Part shown: in pieces, positions 55,413-63,846 of the stretch
Position numbering within the stretch: the first letter of the stretch is position 1
How the letters are laid out: each line of letters begins with the position of its first letter
IMG/VR virus record: IMGVR_UViG_3300037311_000293
Strand: one strand, 5' to 3'
DNA: 64,000 bases
Source: a virus
Made by a program: the position numbers and the translations under genes
Notes under the pieces: generated by a model
What the model was told of the DNA's origin: nothing
The model's input: only the letters and a program-made list of their open reading frames with translations
Database searches by the model: none

Positions 55413-57422
55413 ATGCCGCGTCTCCGTTTGCTCCCGCCCGTAGAATCGGCGGAAACACCGGAGGAGGCCGCCCCGATCTTCAACTACTTGATGAATCGGG
55501 GCGGCCACATCGCGATCGACACCGAGACGACTGGTATCCAGAAGCTCGAGTCTCGCGTTTTGTTTTGGTCTATGGCCACTGAAGATCGCCGGTTCTTCCT
55601 GACCGACAATCTTCTCGGGTACTTCCGCCCTCTTCTTGAGCGCAAAGACGTCACCTGGCGGCTGGCAAACGCCAAGTTCGATCGTCACATGCTCGCGAAC
55701 ATGGGCTACGAGTTCCAGGGCCCAACCTGGGACATCATCGACATGGACGCCATGATCGATGACACGCGGCCCCACGGTCTCAAAGACCAGGCTTGGTTGT
55801 CGTACCAGGCGAAGTGGGGCGAGTTCAAGGAGCTGTTCCTCGATCCCTGGACGGTCGCAGAGGAGCTGGGTTTCGACAAATCGTTCTACGCCCAGTTCAA
55901 GCAACTCGATGTTGGGCAAAAGCTGCTCGAGGTCTACAACCAGCGGCCAGACATCGTAGAGGACTACGCGAGCTGTGACGCCTTCTTCACGTACATGCGT
56001 GCCGAAGACCTAGCCACACAACTCGCGGCCACTACGCTGCCCACGGAAGTCGTGCCGGGCTTCAAGACGCTCTCCGACTACTACGAGACCATCGAAGTAC
56101 CGCTGACGCGCTCGCTCTGGCGCATGGAGCGCGCCGGCTTCGCTGTCGACCGCGATTGGGTGAAGCAGATCGACATTCCGATGCGGGACGGCATCGCGGC
56201 TCTGAACAAGGAACTCCGACAGATCATCGGATACGAGTTCAATCCGAAGTCGTCTGCGGACATCGCGTCGATCCTCTACGACAAGAGCCAGTTCGCCATG
56301 AAGCCGCTGAAGTACACCAGCGGTGGTGGCGGCGAACCAAAGCCCTCAACCGACGAAGCAACCCTCAAGACCCTCAAGCTACGATGCAGCGACATCCAGT
56401 CGCCGCAGTTCAAGTTCCTTGATGCGCTGCTGCGCTTCAAGAAGCTGACGAAGCTGCACGGCACCTACGTCAAGAACATCGACAAGGTGATCGCCAGCGA
56501 CGGACGCGTCCACTGCCGCCTGAACCAGAGCGGTGCCAGGACATCTCGTCTGTCGTCGTCAGACCCCAACATGCAGAACATCCCGATCCGAAATGATCCC
56601 TACAAGATTCGCGGCTGCTTTGTCGCAGATCCAGGAACACTTCTGATCGACTACGACTATCCCCAGATCGAGTTCCGAATCGCCGCCGCTCTTGCTGGTG
56701 AGAAGGACATGATCGAGGCCATCAAGCGTGGCTGGGATATCCACACCGCGAATGCGGCCAACATGTACAAGAGCGATTCGCGCGTTACCTACGACGCGAT
56801 CATGGAGGCTCGGCGTAAGAAAGACGCCAAGGAGCCGATGAGCGACATCGACAAGTACCTGCTGTCTCGCCGTGATGGAGCCAAGACCGTTGGTCTTGGA
56901 ACTCTGTACGGCGAGGGTACGGCGAAGATGGCTCAAGAGCTCAAGATCTCGAGACAAGAGGCCGAAGAGCTCCGAGATGCGTTCTTCACCACGTACCCGT
57001 CGATCGCCAATCAGATCGACTACATGCATGGGTACGCCCATACGTACGAGCACACTCACACGATGCTCGGGCGTATGCGGCGTCTGCACCGGATCAACAA
57101 CCTGTACAACAGCGGTCTGGTAGCCGCCGAAGAACGCCAGGCGTACAACTCCTTGATCCAGGGATCTGGTGCCGAGATGATGAAGCTCGCGCTTCTTCGT
57201 ATCGACAACAACCCCGACTTCATCGCACTTGGTGGCCGGCTGGTCCTGACGGTGCACGACGAGCTCATCGCGCGTGCTCCCAAGGACACTGCGCACGAGG
57301 TCGCCGGGATCATGAAGGAGATGATGTCCGACCCCTACAACTGGGGGCCGATTCGCCTGAACTACCCCGTACCTGTAGACCCCGATGGCTCCATTGGTGA
57401 GCGCTGGAGTGACGTGAAATGA
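55413..57422 (+). CDS. polA: Family A DNA polymerase with 3'-5' exonuclease
   Basis: DTET, NAKFD, YASCD (exonuclease); RLSSSDPNMQNIP, DYPQIEFR, KTVGLGTLYG, IQGSGA, VHDEL. Confidence 0.95.
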   Translation: MPRLRLLPPVESAETPEEAAPIFNYLMNRGGHIAIDTETTGIQKLESRVLFWSMATEDRRFFLTDNLLGYFRPLLERKDVTWRLANAKFDRHMLANMGYEFQGPTWDIIDMDAMIDDTRPHGLKDQAWLSYQAKWGEFKELFLDPWTVAEELGFDKSFYAQFKQLDVGQKLLEVYNQRPDIVEDYASCDAFFTYMRAEDLATQLAATTLPTEVVPGFKTLSDYYETIEVPLTRSLWRMERAGFAVDRDWVKQIDIPMRDGIAALNKELRQIIGYEFNPKSSADIASILYDKSQFAMKPLKYTSGGGGEPKPSTDEATLKTLKLRCSDIQSPQFKFLDALLRFKKLTKLHGTYVKNIDKVIASDGRVHCRLNQSGARTSRLSSSDPNMQNIPIRNDPYKIRGCFVADPGTLLIDYDYPQIEFRIAAALAGEKDMIEAIKRGWDIHTANAANMYKSDSRVTYDAIMEARRKKDAKEPMSDIDKYLLSRRDGAKTVGLGTLYGEGTAKMAQELKISRQEAEELRDAFFTTYPSIANQIDYMHGYAHTYEHTHTMLGRMRRLHRINNLYNSGLVAAEERQAYNSLIQGSGAEMMKLALLRIDNNPDFIALGGRLVLTVHDELIARAPKDTAHEVAGIMKEMMSDPYNWGPIRLNYPVPVDPDGSIGERWSDVK

Positions 57423-57850
57423 TGAACGTGAGTGTGATCCATCCTGTGCTACCGTGGTACGGGATCTTCTTCATCTCTTCGAAGAAACCCGCCCCTGGGG
57501 TGGCCTACTCGATGTTGTCTGCAACAGAGAACACCGAGAACCACTACATCGACGTGGTGTCACGGCCGCTTCTGTGCTGGACGCTCGCCTACGGCGGGGC
57601 ACCGGAAGCTCTGTACTACTGGAGCAAGCGCTCGCGCCCAGCAACTGCCCTTGAGATCTGCGCGTACCTCGGCGATGCCGAGGACATCCAACACCATCTC
57701 GGGGACTTGGAACACGGAGATGTGCAGCTCGGTGCCCAGCGTCTTGCTGTCTCCGAGAAGCTGGAAGTGTTGATCAAGCTCCATCAACAGGAGGCTGCGG
57801 TTTACCTGTCGAAGGACGCACGCGACGTGCTGACCCTGCTGGAGGATTGA
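57419..57850 (+). CDS. Hypothetical protein
   Basis: 143 aa in operon, overlap with the polA stop. Confidence 0.6.
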   Translation: MMNVSVIHPVLPWYGIFFISSKKPAPGVAYSMLSATENTENHYIDVVSRPLLCWTLAYGGAPEALYYWSKRSRPATALEICAYLGDAEDIQHHLGDLEHGDVQLGAQRLAVSEKLEVLIKLHQQEAAVYLSKDARDVLTLLED

Positions 57851-57852
57851 AC

Positions 57853-59124
57853 ATGGCGAGCAAGAAGACGGCGAAGAAGAAGGCACCTGCCAGCAAGAGC
57901 CAAACCACGAGGGCGGCAAGGGCCAGAGCAGAAGCCACGACCAAGAACAAAGCCCAACCCAAGGCTGACATCGACGATGTGATCGCAGCAGTCAACAAGG
58001 AGATGAAGGGCTCCGTGGTGCGTCGTGCGTCCGACATGGACACATTGTACCTGCTGCGGCGACCCACCGGGATTCCCACGCTCGACATCGCCATGGGTGG
58101 TGGCTTTCCGGCGTCTGCGACCTCAGTGCTCGTCGGGCCCGACGGCGCCGGCAAGGACTACTTGTTGTGGAGAACCTGTGCCGAGACCCAAAAGATCTAC
58201 GGTGACGAGTTCTGCATGGTGGCCTTCCTGACTGAGTTTCGCGCCGACAAGCCGTTCATGCGCAACATGTGCGGGTTGAAGGTCGCGTTCTCCGACGCCG
58301 AGATCGAGTCCTACAACGAGGCCCGTGAGAAGTCCGGCGTCGAGCCCCTCACCGAAGAGGAGATCGAGGAGCTCAAGACCGAGGTCGGCAAGATCTACAT
58401 CATCGACGGCGTGACGGCCGAACAAGGCTTCGACGCGTTGATCCGCATCATCGCATCGAACACCTGTCAGATTGCTGTGATCAACAGCATCGGTTTCCTG
58501 CAAACCGAAGCAAAGGAAGCGACGGAGAGCTTCACCGAGTTCCCGCAACAGCGGAACGAGGCGATGCTGCTGTCGAAGTTCATGCCGAAGCTGGCGATGA
58601 CCCTCAACAACGACGACAACGGCAGGAACGAAACCTCGCTGCTGATCGTCAACCAAGTCCGCTCCAAGGACAACGCCCAAGCCGTACGCGGACGTCCGAC
58701 CCAGGAACGCGACAAGTACGAGGCCGGCTCGAAGTCCTACGCCCTGAAGCACGGCAAGGCCATCGAGGTCTTCGTTCACAAGGGACCGAAGTACCGGGAC
58801 GCCGTGGACAACACGGTCATCGGACGCAAGACGCCGTGGGAGCTCACCAAGGGCAAACTCGGCACCCACGACGGCAAGGCAGGGTCGTTCGACTTCTTCT
58901 ACGACGGTGGCGCCGACATCCTTGGCGACCTTCACGCGGCGTGCTTGCTGTACGACGTCTTCGAGACCGCAGGTGCTTGGGTGACCTACGACGACGAAGA
59001 GTTCGGCTTCAAGGCACAGGGCAAGGAAGGTGTGCGTCGTCAGCTCATGGACAACCCAGAGCTCGTCGCCCACCTCAAAGAGCGTGTGCTCCAGGCTGCC
59101 AACGTGGTGTGTAGGTACCGCTGA
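57853..59124 (+). CDS. recA: RecA-like recombinase with variant Walker motifs
   Basis: PTGIPTLDIAMGGGFP, GPDGAGKD, FLTE, AVINSI, LLIVNQVR, ALKH; RBS GGAGG. Confidence 0.85.
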   Translation: MASKKTAKKKAPASKSQTTRAARARAEATTKNKAQPKADIDDVIAAVNKEMKGSVVRRASDMDTLYLLRRPTGIPTLDIAMGGGFPASATSVLVGPDGAGKDYLLWRTCAETQKIYGDEFCMVAFLTEFRADKPFMRNMCGLKVAFSDAEIESYNEAREKSGVEPLTEEEIEELKTEVGKIYIIDGVTAEQGFDALIRIIASNTCQIAVINSIGFLQTEAKEATESFTEFPQQRNEAMLLSKFMPKLAMTLNNDDNGRNETSLLIVNQVRSKDNAQAVRGRPTQERDKYEAGSKSYALKHGKAIEVFVHKGPKYRDAVDNTVIGRKTPWELTKGKLGTHDGKAGSFDFFYDGGADILGDLHAACLLYDVFETAGAWVTYDDEEFGFKAQGKEGVRRQLMDNPELVAHLKERVLQAANVVCRYR

Positions 59125-59125
59125 C

Positions 59126-59680
59126 GTGGCTACGCAGAAGCAGCGCAAGCGGCGGTCTGCTCGAGTGGAGAGGGCGGTGGCTGCCGATCTTGGTGGCCAC
59201 CGCACCTTCAACTCCGGTGCCGGCGATGAAAAGGGCGACGCCGTCGTCCCTCACCGCGTCACCCAAACCGGGGGCTCACTGAGAGAAGTCACCAAGCTCG
59301 CTCTCAGGATCGAAAGCAAGACAACCGAGGCAGCGTCGTACACGTTTCACGTGCTCGACTGGATCAAGCTCGTAGACGCCGCTCTTGCGAACGGCGAGCT
59401 ACCCGTCTTCCACATCCAAGTGCTTACGCGGAGCACTCCTGTGGACTTCGTAGTGATCCAGAGTTCGTTCTTTCGCGAGCTCTTTCCAGGGCACGTGCCT
59501 CCGCTTTCTCGTGCGCGTGTGCGGTCTGTAAAGATCGATTACGAAAAGATGAAGGAGTGGGATGACCTCGAACCCGCCATGGCTTTCGAGTTCGACCTAT
59601 CACCCTCACGAGGCTACGTCACAGCGGTGTCTTACGATGCCTTCCTGACGAAACTGAAGCACTACGAGACAACGCTATGA
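59126..59680 (+). CDS. PD-(D/E)xK nuclease, Hjc-like Holliday junction resolvase
   Basis: GTG 59126; ERAVA...NSGA..KGD...IESKTT. Confidence 0.65.
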   Translation: MATQKQRKRRSARVERAVAADLGGHRTFNSGAGDEKGDAVVPHRVTQTGGSLREVTKLALRIESKTTEAASYTFHVLDWIKLVDAALANGELPVFHIQVLTRSTPVDFVVIQSSFFRELFPGHVPPLSRARVRSVKIDYEKMKEWDDLEPAMAFEFDLSPSRGYVTAVSYDAFLTKLKHYETTL

Positions 59681-60489
59681 AGACAGCGGTAACACTGGCG
59701 GATGCCGTCGGGCTCACCAAGGACGACATCTTCGATCTCGAAGGCGCTTACGTCGGTATGTTGAAGACGACGGTGCGCGACCAAGATCGTCAGGGCTACT
59801 TTCATCCAAGTAGCGTTGGGAGCTGCGGACGAAAGAACGTCTACGAGTACATCCGTGCGCCTGCCATCCAAACCATCGAGCCCGAAAGTCTAGAGATCTT
59901 CGATCTCGGGCATGCGATCCATGAGCTCGTCGGGAACAAGTTGCTGAAGACAGGTACGTACCTGAAGGAAAGCAACGTCGGATACAACCTCCGCCTGGAG
60001 GTACCCTTTGATCCCGCCACAGATCAGTTGTTCGTCGACTTTGGTGTCGGCGGCACGACGGATGGTGTACTCGACATCTGGGCAGCCACCTGGCGTCAAC
60101 GGGCTGTAGTGGAGACGAAGTCGATCGGCCTCAAGTACTTCGAGACACTGACTGGGCCCAAAGAAGATCATCTCGAGCAAGCACACATCTACGCGTATCG
60201 ATTCGACGCACCGATCATCTACGTCTGGTACTACTGCAAGAACGACTCTCGACGTAAGGTGTATCGGGTGCCCTACGATCACTCGATCTTGATGCGGGCG
60301 CTCAAGAAGTTCGAAACCTGGCTCGAGCACGTCAGAAACAACACCCTGCCCGATCGCAGCGAGGACTGGTTCGCTTGTCCGCGCTGCGAGTACCGCCTGG
60401 TGTGCCAACCTTCGATCATTCGAAACCAGTCGTCGCGGACCCACGGCAAGAAGCTGAACGTGATCCGTAAGAACGGCCAGATGAGGTAG
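59677..60489 (+). CDS. Cas4/AddB-like PD-(D/E)xK exonuclease with Fe-S cysteines
   Basis: HPSSVGSC, GHAIH, GTTDG, VETKS, QAHIY, CPRCEYRLVC. Confidence 0.8.
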   Translation: MKTAVTLADAVGLTKDDIFDLEGAYVGMLKTTVRDQDRQGYFHPSSVGSCGRKNVYEYIRAPAIQTIEPESLEIFDLGHAIHELVGNKLLKTGTYLKESNVGYNLRLEVPFDPATDQLFVDFGVGGTTDGVLDIWAATWRQRAVVETKSIGLKYFETLTGPKEDHLEQAHIYAYRFDAPIIYVWYYCKNDSRRKVYRVPYDHSILMRALKKFETWLEHVRNNTLPDRSEDWFACPRCEYRLVCQPSIIRNQSSRTHGKKLNVIRKNGQMR

Positions 60490-60491
60490 CC

Positions 60492-61103
60492 GTGAGCGGT
60501 CTGAAACTGAAAGACAAAGCAATCGTGCCCCAGACCAAGGGGCAGGAGAGTCTCGTGGGCTTCACTGCCCAAGAGATCATGGACGAAGTGTCGGCGCGCA
60601 CCCACGAGCTCGGGCTGCCGGCGTACCCGCGCCCCACAAACACACCGGTGCCCCTCACCGATGTTGACGTCGAGACCTTGACCAATCACCAGCTCGGGGC
60701 GTTGTACACGCAGTACACCGCCTTTGCGCAGTTCGTGAACGGACAGCTCGCAGAGGCAGAGGCGGGTTACAAGATCGCGTCGTCTCGGTTGAAGATGCTG
60801 GACGCCCGACTACGCGCCGAGCTGTTCGCGCAGAACGTACCGAAGACCGAGGTGCCCGTGCGCGTCAAAGAGAACGGCGCGCTTCAGGATGCCGAGTTCG
60901 AGCTGGTCAAGTTGTTCGCGATGAAGACCATCCTCGAGGCCCACTACAAGGCATACGACAAACAGGCCTCGGCGCTGTCGCGCATCATCACCCTCCGCGA
61001 GCTCGAGTTCGAGAAGGAGATGCGGGACAACGGGATCCACGGCCGAAAGCCCCGGGCCCGAACGGCTCAGCGTCCTGGGAGGGACTTCGCGCGTGAGGAC
61101 TAG
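60492..61103 (+). CDS. Coiled-coil protein (UvsY-like recombination mediator candidate)
   Basis: 203 aa, long heptad helices; context only. Confidence 0.4.
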   Translation: MSGLKLKDKAIVPQTKGQESLVGFTAQEIMDEVSARTHELGLPAYPRPTNTPVPLTDVDVETLTNHQLGALYTQYTAFAQFVNGQLAEAEAGYKIASSRLKMLDARLRAELFAQNVPKTEVPVRVKENGALQDAEFELVKLFAMKTILEAHYKAYDKQASALSRIITLRELEFEKEMRDNGIHGRKPRARTAQRPGRDFARED

Positions 61104-61572
61104 TGAACGCTACGCCTTGCTCAAGCTCGAGGTCGAGTTACGTGAGAAGCCGATCAGCATCAACGCGGCGTACAGCACTTCGCGAGGACGCCGCTTCCTG
61201 ACCTCAGAGGGAAAGGCTTTCACGGCACGCCTTTCCTCTGTGATCGCGAAAGCTACGTTGACGGCTAACGCGTCATGGAAAGATGTCGTCGACACTGTCT
61301 ATAAGAATGGGGGAGGCATTCATCTGATGATCGACTTGTACCTCGACGACCTGCACAACCCGCATTGGGTCGTCGGCGGCAACAAAACGGCGTCAGGTGC
61401 GCCTCGTCCTCCGTACAAAGTCTTCGACGGCTCGAACTACATCAAGCTGATCGAGGATGCCGTCGTCAAGGGGACTGGTATCGACGATAGCTGCCATTTG
61501 TTCACAGGAATCGAAAAGCATCACGATCCGGATGACCCGCGCATCGGGATCGTGTATACGGTGCTCGAATGA
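61093..61572 (+). CDS. rusA: RusA-like Holliday junction resolvase
   Basis: PISIN...RRFLTSEGKAF; FDGSNYIKLIEDAV..GIDDS. Confidence 0.75.
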   Translation: MRTSERYALLKLEVELREKPISINAAYSTSRGRRFLTSEGKAFTARLSSVIAKATLTANASWKDVVDTVYKNGGGIHLMIDLYLDDLHNPHWVVGGNKTASGAPRPPYKVFDGSNYIKLIEDAVVKGTGIDDSCHLFTGIEKHHDPDDPRIGIVYTVLE

Positions 61573-61805
61573 GTAAAACCACTGAACTCGTAGCTCTAGC
61601 CAAGGACAAGTGCGAGGATCCTCGATTCGCCGTGTGCTATGCGCGAGGATCAGTGTTCAAGGCTGAGGGACACTTCCATCGTGTGGAGAAAGGCAAGCGC
61701 AGCCTCGTGAGTCGCGCGCTCTGTCTTTCCGAGCACTACGGAAAGCGTTGCCAGATCTGTCCCAATCGGGACTTTACTGTAACGTTGGTCGCACATGGGA
61801 CTTGA
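61569..61805 (+). CDS. Small Cys-rich protein
   Basis: 78 aa with five Cys (C..HYG..CQIC); ATGA overlap. Confidence 0.6.
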   Translation: MSKTTELVALAKDKCEDPRFAVCYARGSVFKAEGHFHRVEKGKRSLVSRALCLSEHYGKRCQICPNRDFTVTLVAHGT

Positions 61806-62121
61806 CGATCTCAACCTGAGCGAGCTAGTCCTGCTGGCCCAGGAAACGAACGACAAGGCTCATCGCGGCCTCGGGCGAGACGCGCTCATCAAGCTCGCTC
61901 TCGGAGAAGACTTCGTGATCCATGAACGGCAGGTGGACAAGACACGCCTGACCATCATGGAGTTTGTCGAGACCCACTGGGATCAGGTGAGGCCTCTGCT
62001 CTCCTGCCCAGCGAAAACCCGAGACTCACGAGCGTGCTTCCAGTGCACGGACATCCAGGTGCTGGAGTGCGCTACGTCGAACGACATCATCTTCGTCTGG
62101 AAACGCAACAAGGATCGATAG
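61795..62121 (+). CDS. HeH/Rho-N-like domain protein with Cys cluster
   Basis: LDDLNLSELVLLAQE...LGRDALIKL; C-terminal C-x9-C-x2-C-x7-C. Confidence 0.6.
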   Translation: MGLDDLNLSELVLLAQETNDKAHRGLGRDALIKLALGEDFVIHERQVDKTRLTIMEFVETHWDQVRPLLSCPAKTRDSRACFQCTDIQVLECATSNDIIFVWKRNKDR

Positions 62122-62129
62122 GAGATACA

Positions 62130-62585
62130 ATGGCACTTCCGAACGAGTTCGCCGAGTACGAGAGCTTCAGCAAGGAACAGTGGATGGAGGTCGCGTCAAG
62201 CACGGACCCCATCCGCCGCAAGGTCGTCGCGAACTGTCTCCGTGAGCTCGGCGTGGCTCCCGCGGACTACATGGGCTGGGACGCCGCGACCCGCGTCGAC
62301 TTCATCATGAGCAAGGCGGAGCCCAAGAAGGCCGACACCGGCTCGGGCAAGACCTCGGGCAAGGGCAAGGCGGCGGCGACTCCGTCGGCTTCGGCGGCGC
62401 CGGCTGCGGCCGTCGGCGGCATCGACCCCGCGGTCATCGCCGAGCTCCAGGAGAAGGTCGAGTACAACTCGAAGCTCCTCACGAAGGTCCACGACCTTCT
62501 CGTCGTTCTCATCTACTCGAACCCCGCGGCGAAGGCGAACGCCGAGGAGCTCGACGTCGACGTGAACCTCCTGGGAAACGGCTGA
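62130..62585 (+). CDS. Highly expressed two-domain protein (151 aa)
   Basis: ATG 62130 with AGGAG; extreme GC3; K/A/G/S/T linker; C-terminal coiled coil; ends CTG GGA AAC GGC TGA. Confidence 0.8.
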   Translation: MALPNEFAEYESFSKEQWMEVASSTDPIRRKVVANCLRELGVAPADYMGWDAATRVDFIMSKAEPKKADTGSGKTSGKGKAAATPSASAAPAAAVGGIDPAVIAELQEKVEYNSKLLTKVHDLLVVLIYSNPAAKANAEELDVDVNLLGNG

Positions 62586-62797
62586 GCTCCCCTGTAGGCC
62601 CGGCGACTCGGCTTCTCGGGGTTGAGTCGCTGCCTCGCGGCTCGGTCGTGGAATACTCGGCAGCACATCTCAGACAGATGTCGCTGTCCGAGCTCCTCGG
62701 TCTGGCAGCGAGCCTTGGGCTGGATATGTCTGGTCTCGAGGACAAGCGATCAGCGGTGTACACCAAGCTGATCCAAACGGCCTACAGCGTGGAGTGA
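62573..62797 (+). CDS. -1 frame extension reached by predicted programmed frameshift (HeH-like domain)
   Basis: In-frame slippery G GGA AAC at 62573-79; 74 open codons to TGA 62795-97; encodes HLRQMSLSELLGLAASLGLDMSGLEDKRSAVYTKLI; no RBS for an internal start. Confidence 0.6.
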   Translation, partial: GKRLSSPVGPATRLLGVESLPRGSVVEYSAAHLRQMSLSELLGLAASLGLDMSGLEDKRSAVYTKLIQTAYSVE

Positions 62798-62800
62798 GAG

Positions 62801-62827
62801 AAGGGGCCCTCTGGCCCCTTTTCTTTT
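62801..62827 (+). terminator. Intrinsic terminator ending the replication operon
   Basis: AAGGGGCC-CTCT-GGCCCCTT followed by TTCTTTT. Confidence 0.85.
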
Positions 62828-62834
62828 GCCCCGA

Positions 62835-62840
62835 TACCAT
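62835..62840 (+). promoter_or_regulatory. -10 element TACCAT, leaderless start predicted
   Basis: Exactly 6 nt before ATG 62847; no SD; -35 poor. Confidence 0.4.
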
Positions 62841-62846
62841 GGCGGC

Positions 62847-63371
62847 ATGAAACGCATCATCTACCGCATCCTGTCGTGTCTCAGCCTGATCCTGGGATAC
62901 GGCTTCCTCTTCCTCGCCACAGCACTGCTGTTCGCCCACAAGGTGAAGCTCCGGTCCGCGACCGCGCAATGGCGGCCGTGGTTTGCTGCCCGGCTCAAGT
63001 ACAGCACGACCATCGGCTCAGCCGTGATCTTCAACCCCAACCACCTCGGGGACGAGCAAGAACTCAGAATCCGAGCTCACGAGAAGGTACACGTCCGCCA
63101 GTTCGAGGATGACGCCGTCTTCTTCGTTCTGCTCGCTGCCTGGGAAGTCGTCGCCGTGCTGTCCCCGCTCTGGGTGCGCGTCGTCTTCACCGTGCCAGTC
63201 CTCTGGCTCATGCTTTACATCGCGAAGTGGCTCAACGCCTGGCTCCGAGGCGGCCACGTCTACCGCGACGCCGAACACGAACGCAGCGCCTACGCCCAGA
63301 CCGACACCCACCACACCGCCAGCGGAAAGAGCTGGCTCGACGACCACCTATCCCGGCCGCGGGACTGGTAA
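62847..63371 (+). CDS. Membrane-anchored zincin-like metallopeptidase (HExxH)
   Basis: N-terminal TM, RAHEKVHVRQ, second TM region, HERSAY. Confidence 0.65.
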   Translation: MKRIIYRILSCLSLILGYGFLFLATALLFAHKVKLRSATAQWRPWFAARLKYSTTIGSAVIFNPNHLGDEQELRIRAHEKVHVRQFEDDAVFFVLLAAWEVVAVLSPLWVRVVFTVPVLWLMLYIAKWLNAWLRGGHVYRDAEHERSAYAQTDTHHTASGKSWLDDHLSRPRDW

Positions 63372-63373
63372 GG

Positions 63374-63403
63374 AAAAAGGCGGGTCACCCCGCCTTTTCT
63401 TTT
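63374..63403. terminator. Bidirectional terminator
   Basis: AAAAGGCGGG-TCAC-CCCGCCTTTT. Confidence 0.85.
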
Positions 63404-63405
63404 GA

Positions 63406-63846
63406 TCAGTTCGCCACCCAAGCGACTAAACCAACGACAACACCCACCAACACGACACCTAGGACAAGACCGAAGCCAAAGGTGTCGTAGAACGGTCGGC
63501 GCCTCGAACGCTCGAACACCTGGGCTTGTTCACGGATGTCGCCGCGAAGACCTTCGATCTCCCGCCCCATGCTCTGCCTGACCACCTCGAGCTCGGCGTC
63601 ACAGCTCTGCCGCACCGCCAACATCGAAGCATCGAAGCGCTCGACCTGAAGCCGCAGTTCCTCGCGGTACCAGCGCAACCGGTTCGTCCAACGCAATGCT
63701 GTGTCGATGTCGAGCAGCATGCCCTGGTAGGGCGCCCGCTCATTGGGGTCCAGCGCTTCGATACGGTCTTCCCCCGGCGGGATGTCCGGGGGTTGCGCCA
63801 GCGCTGTGGAGCACAACACGCAGAGCAGTGCAGTGATCGTTTTCAT
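63406..63846 (-). CDS. Exported coiled-coil protein with C-terminal TM (spanin-like candidate)
   Basis: Signal peptide MKTITALLCVLCSTALA; coiled coil; C-terminal hydrophobic helix. Confidence 0.55.
   Translation of the reverse strand: MKTITALLCVLCSTALAQPPDIPPGEDRIEALDPNERAPYQGMLLDIDTALRWTNRLRWYREELRLQVERFDASMLAVRQSCDAELEVVRQSMGREIEGLRGDIREQAQVFERSRRRPFYDTFGFGLVLGVVLVGVVVGLVAWVAN

Noticed and set aside
59677-60489. Cas4-like gene as evidence of a CRISPR-Cas locus
   Set aside because: No cas1/cas2 and no repeat-spacer array visible; standalone Cas4-like exonucleases are common in phage recombination modules
62592-62787. Long-range 9-bp complement CTGTAGGCC / GGCCTACAG as a frameshift stimulator
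   Set aside because: A 9-bp GC-rich match across 190 nt can arise by chance; it needs covariation evidence
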